The notes under the pieces: generated by a model
The model's input: only the letters and a program-made list of their open reading frames with translations
What the model was told of the DNA's origin: nothing
The model's database searches: none
Made by a program: the position numbers and the translations under genes
From: Coleofasciculus sp. B1-GNL1-01
GTDB lineage: Bacteria > Cyanobacteriota > Cyanobacteriia > Cyanobacteriales > Coleofasciculaceae
DNA: 64,000 nucleotides
NCBI GenBank assembly: GCA_040220235.1
Contig: JAVJTO010000070.1
Direction: 5' to 3' (one strand)
In this document: piece by piece, positions 20,760 through 30,765 of the stretch
How the letters are laid out: every line of letters starts with the position of its first letter
Position numbering within the stretch: the first letter of the stretch is position 1

Positions 20760-21626
20760 ATGACTATCTATCATACGTTACGTTCTTACTGGTGGGATGC
20801 CGCTCTACTGATGCGCCATCTTCGGCGACAACAAAGCAAACAAGGAAAACGGCTATGGTGGCAGTTTCTTACCGCTTGGGAGTCGGCAACACCGTCGCTC
20901 TATCACAACCTACAAACAGCTTATCGCCGCCAGCGACCCCTACCAGAAGAAACAATATCTTCCCAGATGTATGGCTCGGTCGTCACGGTAGAGGGTATCC
21001 GCATGCGTATCGATCCGAAAATGTCAGCCTTTCAAGTGCGAAAGCTCCTATCGGGGCGCCACACTCGACACGAACGTCACTTGGTAATCTCTCGGCTAGA
21101 GCCTGACGATATTGTGATGGAACTCGGCGGTGGAATTGGCATGTTGGCAACCGCCTGCGCCTTGAAAATCGGCGGCGATCGCGTTCATTCCTACGAAGCT
21201 AATCCCTTCCTGGAGTCTTTAATCCGTGATAACTACGCCCTCAATGAGGTGAACCCACACCTAAAAATGTGTATGCTCGGTCGGACGGCTGATACCTGCA
21301 CGTTTTATGTTTCTGAACACTTTGCCCGTTCGTCAGCCTATAAACTCGAAGCTCAACAAGAAACCACAGCTTGCGAAGTACCTGTTGAGCCTCTCAACGA
21401 TGAGATCCAGCGCATCCAACCGACGGTTTTGATTATGGATGTTCAAGGTAGCGAAGGTGAACTGTTGAGCTTCGCGGATCTCTCTACCGTTCGTAAACTT
21501 CTCGTCGAGATGCATCCCAATGTACTAGGGATTTCCCGCGTCAATGCACTACGCCGACAATTGCGAAATCAGGGCTTCTTGGAAATAGAGCGTGCTGGTC
21601 AAAGTTTTTTCTACGTCCGCCAATAA
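20760..21626 (+). CDS. FkbM-family methyltransferase
   Basis: VMELGGGIG, SYEANP, MDVQGSE, VEMH. Confidence 0.8.
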   Translation: MTIYHTLRSYWWDAALLMRHLRRQQSKQGKRLWWQFLTAWESATPSLYHNLQTAYRRQRPLPEETISSQMYGSVVTVEGIRMRIDPKMSAFQVRKLLSGRHTRHERHLVISRLEPDDIVMELGGGIGMLATACALKIGGDRVHSYEANPFLESLIRDNYALNEVNPHLKMCMLGRTADTCTFYVSEHFARSSAYKLEAQQETTACEVPVEPLNDEIQRIQPTVLIMDVQGSEGELLSFADLSTVRKLLVEMHPNVLGISRVNALRRQLRNQGFLEIERAGQSFFYVRQ

Positions 21627-21702
21627 CGAGCGATCGCGCTGCGATTGACAAGGCAGAAGATACATCAATACGACTTCTCCAGGACTACCCGTATGTTTGA
21701 TT

Positions 21703-22461
21703 ATGTCGCCTCATATCTTTTCTAAAAAACCCCGAATTTTTTTCATGCATGTTCCCAAGACAGGTGGAACTTCGGTAAATTCAGCCATCCAAAGACATTA
21801 TGGTCGCCAGAGTTATATCCTTGATCCAATCCGAACGAAAGCGATGGCAAAATTGCTTTATCAGTCTGTTCCTGCTGTTGAAAGAGGAACATACCTATTG
21901 CGAGATAGCTTTATCTTAGATGCCATGAATCGAGATGTTTCATATATTTCCGGACACGCTCACTTTAATCAACAAATTTGGGAACGTTATTCAAAAAACT
22001 ATGCTTATGTGACGCTGCTTCGAGATCCAGTCAAACGATATATATCTAACTATTTTTTTGATGCTAGTAAAGTCAAAGGAGACCATTCTTATGTCGAACA
22101 GAGTCTTTTGGATTTTCTGAAAACTCGTAGAGGGATTAGGCGGGGACACTTATATATCAACTATTTTTCGGGATTCCCCATCGAGCGCGACTATAATTTG
22201 AGTAAGCTTTCCCAACGAGTTGAAATTGCCAAGCAAAATATTTTGAAATTTGATTGTGTTGGCATTTTAGAAGATTTAAAAGAATTTAAAGCCCAGTTTA
22301 AACAGCGGTTCGGATTAACGCTGAGAATTCCTCATCAAAACAAAAATCCTGTTGTTCAGCCTTTTGTTGAACCTAATATATTGAAGGTAATTCAAGAGCT
22401 TTGTCAACCTGATATAGAGATTTATGAGTTTATGAAATTGCATTGTCTCAAACAAGCTTAG
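21703..22461 (+). CDS. Sulfotransferase (family 2-like)
   Basis: FMHVPKTGGTS, SGH, LLRDPVKRYISNY, VGILE, DIEIYE. Confidence 0.85.
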   Translation: MSPHIFSKKPRIFFMHVPKTGGTSVNSAIQRHYGRQSYILDPIRTKAMAKLLYQSVPAVERGTYLLRDSFILDAMNRDVSYISGHAHFNQQIWERYSKNYAYVTLLRDPVKRYISNYFFDASKVKGDHSYVEQSLLDFLKTRRGIRRGHLYINYFSGFPIERDYNLSKLSQRVEIAKQNILKFDCVGILEDLKEFKAQFKQRFGLTLRIPHQNKNPVVQPFVEPNILKVIQELCQPDIEIYEFMKLHCLKQA

Positions 22462-22610
22462 TTCTACCGTTCAATGAGTATAGGGATATTTATTAGTTTT
22501 TTTAGTCATGATGCCAAGTTCTAATTGATCTGAAGGATAAGCAACTTGCCTACAGGGTTAACTGAACTGGACAATCTGCTTTCTGCTGACTTACACTAAA
22601 AACTTGACAA

Positions 22611-23465
22611 ATGCTAAAACAAAGAACGGGAAATTTACCAAATTTAATTGTTATTGGCACACAAAAAGGCGGGACAAGCAGCTTGCATTACTACTTATCT
22701 CTCCATCCACAAATTTATATGTGTCGAGAGAAAGAGTTGGATTTTTTTATTGCTCAACGCAACTGGGAACGAGGTGTTGAATGGTATAAGAAAAATTTTG
22801 TCGGTGAAGCAAAGATTTATGGAGAATCATCCCCCAATTACACAGACTATCCTCGGTATGCTCAAGTGCCAAAAAGGATGCACTCTATCGTCCCGGAGGT
22901 AAAAATTGTCTATATTCTGCGAGATCCAATTAAGAGAATAATTTCTCATTACATGCACTGGTACAGTGCTGGTTTAGAAAATAGAAGTCTATCAGATGCT
23001 TTGAGGAATATAGAATCGAGTCGCTATACACGTCGTTGCCTCTATTATATGCAACTAGAGCAATATTTAAACTATTTCGCTAAATCTAATATTTTCATCA
23101 TGACGAGTGAAGATTTGTATAATAAGCCTCAAAAAATTATGCAAAAACTATTCACTTTTTTAGAGGTAGATAATTCATTTTACGATCATAAATTATCGCG
23201 TATTCATCATAATTCTAGCAATAAGAGACGCAACAACGCCCTGGGAAAGTCTTTAGAAAAAAGTCCACTAGGAGAGACAATTGAACACCTGCCCCGCCCG
23301 ATTAGAGAAAAAGCCAAAACATTATTGTACTTTCCGTTTTCCCAAAAAGTTCAACGACCAACATTGGACAAGACTTTGGAAGCTGAATTAATCGACTATC
23401 TCCGACCCGATATCAATCGTTTGAGAGACTATACTGGACTGGCTTTCGAGGATTGGTGTTTATAA
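22611..23465 (+). CDS. Sulfotransferase (heparan-sulfate sulfotransferase-like fold)
   Basis: IGTQKGGTSSL..YLSLHP, KELDFF, GESSPNY, LRDPIKRIISHY. Confidence 0.9.
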   Translation: MLKQRTGNLPNLIVIGTQKGGTSSLHYYLSLHPQIYMCREKELDFFIAQRNWERGVEWYKKNFVGEAKIYGESSPNYTDYPRYAQVPKRMHSIVPEVKIVYILRDPIKRIISHYMHWYSAGLENRSLSDALRNIESSRYTRRCLYYMQLEQYLNYFAKSNIFIMTSEDLYNKPQKIMQKLFTFLEVDNSFYDHKLSRIHHNSSNKRRNNALGKSLEKSPLGETIEHLPRPIREKAKTLLYFPFSQKVQRPTLDKTLEAELIDYLRPDINRLRDYTGLAFEDWCL

Positions 23466-23534
23466 TTATCTGGTGTTTGCTCTCTGATTTGAAAAAGAGT
23501 AAACTACTGTACGAGGCTATACAGAGGCTACTCA

Positions 23535-24872
23535 ATGACTTATGATTCTGAAGACGGTAAGTTTTTAATGAATAGAACAATTAGTGAAAGTACAGATAAA
23601 GATAGTGCCAATCAACCGGGCGACAATGAGGTCGTCATTTCGGTAGATGGGGTTTCTAAGAAGTTTTGTCGCGACTTAAAGCGGTCATTATTCTATGGCG
23701 TGCAAGATATCACCACTGATTTAGTCGGAGGACGGCGCCAGAGTGAAGTGTTACGTCCTTCTGAGTTTTGGGCGTTAAAAGATGTTAGTTTTCAGTTACG
23801 GCGAGGCGAGGCGCTAGGTTTAGTTGGCGCTAATGGTGCGGGGAAGAGTACGCTGCTACGGATTATTAGTGGTTTGATTAAGCCAGACACTGGCTTGATC
23901 AAGGTTAAGGGACGGGTGGCTCCGCTCATTGCTTTGGGAGCCGGATTTAATCCAATTCTGACAGGAAGAGAAAATATCTATGCCAATATGGCAATTTTGG
24001 GGTTGTCTAAAACAGAAATTGAGGAGCGATTTGATGCGGTAGTAGATTTTGCCGAAATTGGGGATGCCATTGATGCACCCGTACAAACTTATAGTTCGGG
24101 TATGGCAGCACGGTTAGGGTTTGCCAGTGCAATTCATGTAGATCCGGATATTTTGTTGCTTGACGAAGTGTTGGCTGTAGGGGATATAAAGTTTCGAGCA
24201 AAATGTGGTCGCAGGCTAGCAGAGATTCGGGAAAAGGGAACATCTTTTATATTGGTGAACCATAAACCAGCGGCAATTTTATCTATATGTGACTCAGCCG
24301 TTTACCTTTCTCAGGGAAAAGTGGTTTTGAAAGGGGAAACGAATTTGATCATCAAACAGTATGAAGAAGATTTGATGATCAAGGGAATTGAATATTCAAA
24401 AGGGAAGGTGGTTTTGCCAGAGAAAGATGAGACAGAAAGTGGAGGGATTGATATTACTTATCTTTGCTTTAGAGGCGAAGGCAATGATATCATAGATTTT
24501 CCTCAAACTGGAAAACCTGCTTATTTTTGTGTTGGCTGTAGAGTGCATCGTAAGTTTGACGATGTTTACCTTAAATGTAAAGTTTGTGACATGGCTCGAG
24601 AAAATGAAATTATTCTCGATCTTAATAGTGATTATGATAACAATTTGTTTAGTCTAGAGACAGGAAATACGGAAATACAAATTAAAATGTCATCTTGTAA
24701 TTTAAAACCAAGCACATACAGTATGGAAATTTATTTGGTGAAGAAGCCTCAATACTGTTTTGATATCATTCAAAATTTTAGGTTTAAGGTTGAGGAATCG
24801 GAGGATGTTAATTTACTGATGAGTCGGAATTTATATTATCAAGACAAAGAATGGGTAGTAAAAAATATATAA
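23535..24872 (+). CDS. wzt: ABC polysaccharide exporter ATPase (Wzt), copy 2, with divergent C-terminal domain
   Basis: The NBD is nearly the same as copy 1 (GVSKKFCRDLKRSLFYGV, GANGAGKST, YSSGM). The C-terminal domain differs. Confidence 0.92.
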   Translation: MTYDSEDGKFLMNRTISESTDKDSANQPGDNEVVISVDGVSKKFCRDLKRSLFYGVQDITTDLVGGRRQSEVLRPSEFWALKDVSFQLRRGEALGLVGANGAGKSTLLRIISGLIKPDTGLIKVKGRVAPLIALGAGFNPILTGRENIYANMAILGLSKTEIEERFDAVVDFAEIGDAIDAPVQTYSSGMAARLGFASAIHVDPDILLLDEVLAVGDIKFRAKCGRRLAEIREKGTSFILVNHKPAAILSICDSAVYLSQGKVVLKGETNLIIKQYEEDLMIKGIEYSKGKVVLPEKDETESGGIDITYLCFRGEGNDIIDFPQTGKPAYFCVGCRVHRKFDDVYLKCKVCDMARENEIILDLNSDYDNNLFSLETGNTEIQIKMSSCNLKPSTYSMEIYLVKKPQYCFDIIQNFRFKVEESEDVNLLMSRNLYYQDKEWVVKNI

Positions 24873-24936
24873 CTGTTTAATAAAATAATAAAAAATGGCG
24901 GAGTAAGTTCAAACTAATACAAGACACTAAGAAAAA

Positions 24937-25899
24937 ATGATGTCAAAAACAACGGCAAAACTAACGATTGGAATCCCGACAAAAAATCGTCCTTTGATGT
25001 TGGCAGAATTACTAAGTGACATTGAAAAATATCAAGCCGATTTACCAGTGGTTGTATCTGATAACAGTGATCGACCCGAGGATACAGCTAAGGTAGTCAA
25101 AGAATATGCTGAACGTTTAAAGATAAACTATGTACATACGGAATTTAGTATATCCCAAGCCGAAAATTTCAATATCGTGTTGAGTAATTCGTCTACTAAG
25201 TATGTCGTTATTATGCATGATGATGATCGGTTTCTCCCCACCTCTATTAATACTTATCTATCTCTAGTCAACTATCTGGATAATATTGATATTGATGTAT
25301 TTGGAGTTTATGTTCATGCGTTCAAGTTTAAAAATGAGGACAAGTTAAACAAACTCATCGATCTTCCTATAACTGTACCCGATTTAATTGATATTAAAGA
25401 GAATCTGAAAGTTTTTGCTAAGGGAGAGTACCTAAAGTATTTTGTTGAGGAAGGTATAGGCGGTAAAGCCTCAGGAGTACTTGTTAATCGCTTTTTGATG
25501 GGAAAATATAACATCAATTTTCCTACAGATACTGGAGCCAAACATGATAAAGCATTTTTTCTAACTGCAAACACCTTGGGATCAGTGGGATACTGGAGAA
25601 AAAAAGTTATCGCCAAGAGACTTCATCAAAGTCGGTCTATACATAGAAAAGTAACGGAAAATTATTGCTTATTTAATCAAAAAGTTTTAGAAATTTATCA
25701 AGGTGATGATTTATCGATTAAAAAGATTCATAAGAAAAGATTTGAAAAATGGATACAGGATGAATCAGGTTTTAAACCTCTTGAGTGTTGGCGTCTGATT
25801 TCATTAAGTCAAGTAGGCGTCTTAGAACGGGCTAATCTGTTAATGAAGTATCTGTTGCATCATCTAAAAACAATAAAATTCAAAACTAAAACAACTTAA
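24937..25899 (+). CDS. GT2 glycosyltransferase (AT-rich)
   Basis: TIGIPTKNR, VSDNS, ENFN, MHDDD. Confidence 0.85.
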   Translation: MMSKTTAKLTIGIPTKNRPLMLAELLSDIEKYQADLPVVVSDNSDRPEDTAKVVKEYAERLKINYVHTEFSISQAENFNIVLSNSSTKYVVIMHDDDRFLPTSINTYLSLVNYLDNIDIDVFGVYVHAFKFKNEDKLNKLIDLPITVPDLIDIKENLKVFAKGEYLKYFVEEGIGGKASGVLVNRFLMGKYNINFPTDTGAKHDKAFFLTANTLGSVGYWRKKVIAKRLHQSRSIHRKVTENYCLFNQKVLEIYQGDDLSIKKIHKKRFEKWIQDESGFKPLECWRLISLSQVGVLERANLLMKYLLHHLKTIKFKTKTT

Positions 25900-25907
25900 G
25901 CCAACCA

Positions 25908-26813
25908 ATGAATAATTTATTGCCAAGAAAAAATAGTCAAGAGCGAATCGGTTTTGCTATTGGTACGGGGCGCTGCGGCACTAAATTTATTGCCAAAATT
26001 ATAGATCAAGAATCAAGCGTTTCATCCGTTCATGAACGGAATCCGTTAAATGAAACATTTCATCGCTACTGTAAATGGTATGATTTGCCTGTAGATCACG
26101 AGGGTTTTTTGCAGACAAAAGAAGGTGAAATTAAACAAGACTTAGAAAATCATCTCTTTTCTTTTGAAGCAAGCGCTCACCTTTCCCTCTCACTGCTAGA
26201 ACTCTATAATCGCTTTGAATCCAAGTTTCTTCTTTTAGTGCGTAGCCCAGAGCGAGTCGTTAACTCTTATTTGCGTAAAGGATGGTATGAAAAACCCGCA
26301 GTGAGAGCGAATCCTGACTTAGCACCAGGCTATCAAGACTACTGCCATAATTTTCATCACGTTCTCGGTCGAATTATGCCCTCTGGGGACAAATTCCGGC
26401 AATGGAACCAAATGAGCCGAGTGGGAAAGATTGCTTGGTACTGGAATGCACTCAATGCCAAAATTATGGAACAGTTTGAAAGCATACCAGAAACCCACTG
26501 GCGGATAGAAAAGCTGGAACACTTATCCTATAGCCGCTATCTAGAAATTGCTCAATTTTTTGGCTTCCAGTCTATGGTTTCACAGGAAATCTATGAAGAA
26601 TTGGCGCTACGTCGTCCCAATGCAAAATCTAGCGTTCCTACGATTGCGACATGGACTCCCTCAGAGATTAGTGAGTTTGAGGCAGAGGTGGAGCCGATCG
26701 CTAAAAGGTTGGGTTACGAATACAGGGTGAGTCATTTACCCGTTCCTCAGCCCAGACAATCTGAAGTAAAACAATCTTTGATTCAACAATTATTCACCAA
26801 AAAGAATAGATAG
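25908..26813 (+). CDS. Sulfotransferase-like protein
   Basis: AIGTGRCGTK, SVHE, LVRSPERVVNS. Confidence 0.7.
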   Translation: MNNLLPRKNSQERIGFAIGTGRCGTKFIAKIIDQESSVSSVHERNPLNETFHRYCKWYDLPVDHEGFLQTKEGEIKQDLENHLFSFEASAHLSLSLLELYNRFESKFLLLVRSPERVVNSYLRKGWYEKPAVRANPDLAPGYQDYCHNFHHVLGRIMPSGDKFRQWNQMSRVGKIAWYWNALNAKIMEQFESIPETHWRIEKLEHLSYSRYLEIAQFFGFQSMVSQEIYEELALRRPNAKSSVPTIATWTPSEISEFEAEVEPIAKRLGYEYRVSHLPVPQPRQSEVKQSLIQQLFTKKNR

Positions 26814-26822
26814 CAATCCTCC

Positions 26823-27644
26823 ATGAAGCTGACTATGCAAAGCACAATCGAAACTCTGTTTTGGCTCTTTGTTCCTATCCCTCGCCAATCGAGATTTGAA
26901 TCAGTACGCCTAAAGTTGGCAAATCTCGGATTCCGATATAAGTGTCCACTTTGTCAGGCTCGGCTTGGTTCTTTGCACCCATTAGGTGAAAATTTTCCCA
27001 TCCTATTTGAAAAAAATGTTGTTGGCGGTAGGAAACGGAATGCTCGCTGTCCTTGCTGTAAATCTTCAGATCGCGAACGATTGATTTATCTGTTTCTCTT
27101 ATATCAAACTGACTTGTTTTCACGCCCAACTAAGCTGCTACACGTTGCTCCAGAGAAACGTCTGACCAAACTGATTGCCAAATTCTCCCACTTAGATTAT
27201 CTGACTGCCGATCTCGATTCAAGTCCGTCTCGTGTTATGGAACAGATGGACATAACCGATATCCATTATCCCGATGCATCTTTTGATGCCATTCTTTGTA
27301 ATCACGTCCTTGAACATGTGCCAGAGGATAGAGTAGCGATGTCTGAACTGTATAGAGTGCTTCGCCCTGGTGGCTGGGCGATTCTTCAGGTGCCTATTTC
27401 TCTCACTCTGGATAGGACGTTTGAAGACCCATCAATATCTAGTCCAGAGGAGCGAGAGCGAGCCTATGGTCAGTACAATCATGTCAGACTCTATGGGCGT
27501 GATTATATTCAAAGATTGCAAAGCGTCGGATTTATAGTTAACGAATTCATTTGGTCAAAATATCCCCAATATTTTGGTGGCTCAAAAAATAAATATGGGT
27601 TAAATCCGGATGAAATTATCTTTTTTGCCGTTAAGCAGAGTTGA
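26823..27644 (+). CDS. Class I SAM methyltransferase with N-terminal CxxC pairs
   Basis: CPLC, CPCC.S..RER, LHVAPE, DITDI, CNHVLEHV, RVLRPGG, GQYNHVRLYG. Confidence 0.85.
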   Translation: MKLTMQSTIETLFWLFVPIPRQSRFESVRLKLANLGFRYKCPLCQARLGSLHPLGENFPILFEKNVVGGRKRNARCPCCKSSDRERLIYLFLLYQTDLFSRPTKLLHVAPEKRLTKLIAKFSHLDYLTADLDSSPSRVMEQMDITDIHYPDASFDAILCNHVLEHVPEDRVAMSELYRVLRPGGWAILQVPISLTLDRTFEDPSISSPEERERAYGQYNHVRLYGRDYIQRLQSVGFIVNEFIWSKYPQYFGGSKNKYGLNPDEIIFFAVKQS

Positions 27645-27709
27645 CTAAGGTTAACCGTTGCTATATTCAATGCCATTAGCCGTGTTTTCTTTTTTTAAGA
27701 CCGATAGCC

Positions 27710-28885
27710 ATGCGTATCCTGGTTTCTTGTGTGTTTGAAGCCTCCTCCCAAAAAGCTCACGCGATTAATACGATTAAGATGGCTCAGGGGCTTGCTCGAC
27801 TGGGGCATGACGTTATTGTTGTTTGTCGCGAACCCCCAGAGGGTAGAGTCTCCCCGGATAAGCTAGCCAAAATTTATGGGTTAACCGAACCGCTACGCTG
27901 GGTGCAATTGCCTCGTAAGATTCTGGGCTGGAGTACGGATACCTATTGGCGGACAGCGCTATTAACTCTACCAACTGCACTCCAAATCCGACCCGACTTG
28001 GTTTTTGCTCGTGGCTACCTTTTTCCTTGGTTAAGTAGTAAATTGGGCATGGCTACTGTTGCAGAAAAGCATTCACGGGTGGGAGTCGTTAATTCTCGCT
28101 TCTTTCGTTTAGTCAAAGGAACCCACCATCGCGCTTTCCTGGCTTGGCTGACGATCTCCCATCGTTTAGCTGATTACTACCATTCTCAAGGTGTGCCTAA
28201 GGAAAAGCTGCTTGTACTCCCCGATGCAGTCGATCTCAAGCTTTACCAGCGCCCAGACTGCTTACCAGACAGTCCTTATCCTGCAAATTGTGCCAATGTT
28301 GCTTATGTGGGACACTTATATGATTACAAGGGTATCCCTACTGTGCTAGAAGCAGCAGCCAAGCTACCGGAGGTTATTTTCCATTTTGTCGGGGGATGGC
28401 AAGAGGACATTGACCGACACCAGAAACGAGTAGAAGAACTGAGATTACAAAATGTCATTTTTCACGGACTTAAGCCTCAAGTCGAAGTACCCAACTTTCT
28501 TTGGCATGCAGACATATTACTGCTTCCACCTTCGCAACATCATCCCAGTGCGGCTTGGACGAGTCCAGTGAAACTGGGTGAGTACTTGGCATCAGGAACG
28601 CCAGTCGTGGCGACAGATATCCTCGCCCTGAGAGACTGGTTAACGGATGAGGAAGTAGAATTCGTCCAACCTGATAATCCGGAAGCGTTGGCTCAAGGGA
28701 TTGGTCGTCTGTTAAGTGACAAATCCAGGGTTGAGCAGCTTCGAGTCGCTGGGATCAAGAAAGCACAAGCGCTGTCATACGAGAAAAGGGTGGAAGCGAT
28801 TCTCAAGTACTGTGGATTATCGGTCTACGGGACAACATTTTCCCTTGAAGATACGCCATCACTCACACAAGGACTTGGACAATGA
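27710..28885 (+). CDS. GT4 glycosyltransferase
   Basis: AHAINTIKMAQG, YVGHLYDYKG, SPVKLGEYLASG. Confidence 0.9.
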   Translation: MRILVSCVFEASSQKAHAINTIKMAQGLARLGHDVIVVCREPPEGRVSPDKLAKIYGLTEPLRWVQLPRKILGWSTDTYWRTALLTLPTALQIRPDLVFARGYLFPWLSSKLGMATVAEKHSRVGVVNSRFFRLVKGTHHRAFLAWLTISHRLADYYHSQGVPKEKLLVLPDAVDLKLYQRPDCLPDSPYPANCANVAYVGHLYDYKGIPTVLEAAAKLPEVIFHFVGGWQEDIDRHQKRVEELRLQNVIFHGLKPQVEVPNFLWHADILLLPPSQHHPSAAWTSPVKLGEYLASGTPVVATDILALRDWLTDEEVEFVQPDNPEALAQGIGRLLSDKSRVEQLRVAGIKKAQALSYEKRVEAILKYCGLSVYGTTFSLEDTPSLTQGLGQ

Positions 28886-29730
28886 GGAAACCTTTACTCA
28901 GCATCATTATCCCAACTCGCGATCGCCCTCACTTGCTCCCCCATGCTGTCAACAGTGCGTTAGCACAAACCCTAGACGATTTAGAGGTCATTGTCGTGGA
29001 TGATGCCTCGACTCAGATGGCTCAACTGCCCCAAGACTCTCGGCTGCGGGTGATTCGCCTAGAGCAGTCGCGGGGTGGGTCTGGAGCCCGTAATGTCGGC
29101 ACTGAAGCAGCGCAAGGGCGTTGGGTGACCTACTTAGATGACGATGACCGCCTTCTGCCCCAGATGGCGGAGGTTTCGCTGGCGGCGATCGCTCGCTCCT
29201 CGGCAACCCCACCGATAGGTGTCATTTCCGGGCTGGAAAAAGTCAGCGATCAAGGAGAGGTGATCAAGGTTCGAGTGCCACCAACACTCTGTCCGAAAGG
29301 TAGCCACTTTTTTCTCGAAGATCCCGAAGCTGGGCGATCCTACGCCACCAAGCAAACCCTGGTCGTAGAACGAGCCGTAGTCTTGCAGATTGGCGGGTGG
29401 GATGAACAGTTTCGCTCCCGGGTACACTCAGAGTTTTTCTTACGGCTCAACCCCGTCTGTACCTTAATTGGAATACCTACTGTAACGTATCAACTTCGCA
29501 GCCACAGTGGTACTCGCGTATCAGGCAATCCGAAACTGCGACAGGAGAGCTTTCACCGCTTAATTGAAAAGCATTGGGTTGCCTTTGAATCCCATCCTCG
29601 CCAGTTTGCTCAGTTTGTTTATCGGCATGCCCGAAACTCCTGGCGACAAAGGCAGTTTCGAGCTGCCCTGCTGGCGATGGGTTGGGCTTTGAGAATCAAC
29701 CCAAACCAGACCCTAAGGAACTTCCTTTAA
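28882..29730 (+). CDS. GT2 glycosyltransferase
   Basis: SIIIPTRDR, VVDDAS, ARNVG, YLDDDD. ATGA overlap with the upstream gene. Confidence 0.9.
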   Translation: MRKPLLSIIIPTRDRPHLLPHAVNSALAQTLDDLEVIVVDDASTQMAQLPQDSRLRVIRLEQSRGGSGARNVGTEAAQGRWVTYLDDDDRLLPQMAEVSLAAIARSSATPPIGVISGLEKVSDQGEVIKVRVPPTLCPKGSHFFLEDPEAGRSYATKQTLVVERAVVLQIGGWDEQFRSRVHSEFFLRLNPVCTLIGIPTVTYQLRSHSGTRVSGNPKLRQESFHRLIEKHWVAFESHPRQFAQFVYRHARNSWRQRQFRAALLAMGWALRINPNQTLRNFL

Positions 29731-29793
29731 TTTTGGTTGCTAACCCTTAAAAATTATGACCTACTCTGTAAAGACGCTAAAAGCCATATTCGT

Positions 29794-30708
29794 ATGGACA
29801 ACAAACTGAAATTTTCAATCATCATTCCCACCTATAACCGACCTCAACTACTGCCACGGGCGGTTCGGAGTGCGCTAGCTCAAACGATAGAGGATTTTGA
29901 GGTGGTTGTTGTCGATGATGGTTCGCCAGAGCCAGTTAATTTACCGGAGCATCCGCGACTGCGAGTGGTGCGATTACCTAAAAACCGAGGTACAGCCGCC
30001 GCCCGCAATGCTGGGGCAAAAGCCGCTCGCGGACGCTACATCACCTACTTGGATGATGACGACCAACTGTTACCCCAAATGGCAGAGGTTTCACTCACAG
30101 CCCTTGCCAATACAACGCTTCCCCAACCCGTGGCGGTGCTGTCTGGTTTGGAGGTCGTGGATCTCGATGGCAACGTGACTCAGAGGCGGATTCCCCCGAC
30201 GCTGCCACGCGGAAAGCATTTTTTCCTCGAAGAGATCGAGCCAGAGCAATCCTTTCTCTCGAAGCAAACTTTAATGGTGGAGCGTGAGTTGCTTTTAGGT
30301 ATTGGTGGATATGACGAATCATTCAACTCTCGCGTTCATACTGAAATTTTCCTGAGACTTAATCCAGTTTGCTCGCTCCTTGGTCTGCCGATTGTCACCT
30401 ATCAAATGTTCGTCCATGAGGGTTCACGTATTTCTCGCGATCCATCGCTGCGTCAAGTCAGTTTTAATCAACTGCTCCGTAAGCATGGTGCAATTTTTCA
30501 GGCGCACCCAAAGATGTTTGCTGATTTTGTCTACAAACACGCCCTTAAGTCCTACGAGCTGAATCAAAAACGGGCAGCGTTCTTGAGCGTATTATTGGCG
30601 CTGCGGATTCATCCAACTTATACCCTCAGTCAAGTTACTGAGTCCTTTTGGCACAGACTAAGCGAATCTACCGTGCGAATGTTAACAGAACCGTTGAAGA
30701 GCAATTAA
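29794..30708 (+). CDS. GT2 glycosyltransferase (tandem paralogue of 28882-29730)
   Basis: SIIIPTYNR and YLDDDD; shares HFFLE, SRVH.E.FLRLNPVC with its neighbour. Confidence 0.9.
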   Translation: MDNKLKFSIIIPTYNRPQLLPRAVRSALAQTIEDFEVVVVDDGSPEPVNLPEHPRLRVVRLPKNRGTAAARNAGAKAARGRYITYLDDDDQLLPQMAEVSLTALANTTLPQPVAVLSGLEVVDLDGNVTQRRIPPTLPRGKHFFLEEIEPEQSFLSKQTLMVERELLLGIGGYDESFNSRVHTEIFLRLNPVCSLLGLPIVTYQMFVHEGSRISRDPSLRQVSFNQLLRKHGAIFQAHPKMFADFVYKHALKSYELNQKRAAFLSVLLALRIHPTYTLSQVTESFWHRLSESTVRMLTEPLKSN

Positions 30709-30765
30709 ACTTGTCTAAACGTGAACGCTAATTCTACTCAATCCAATTGTTAGGAGACTTCAAAA

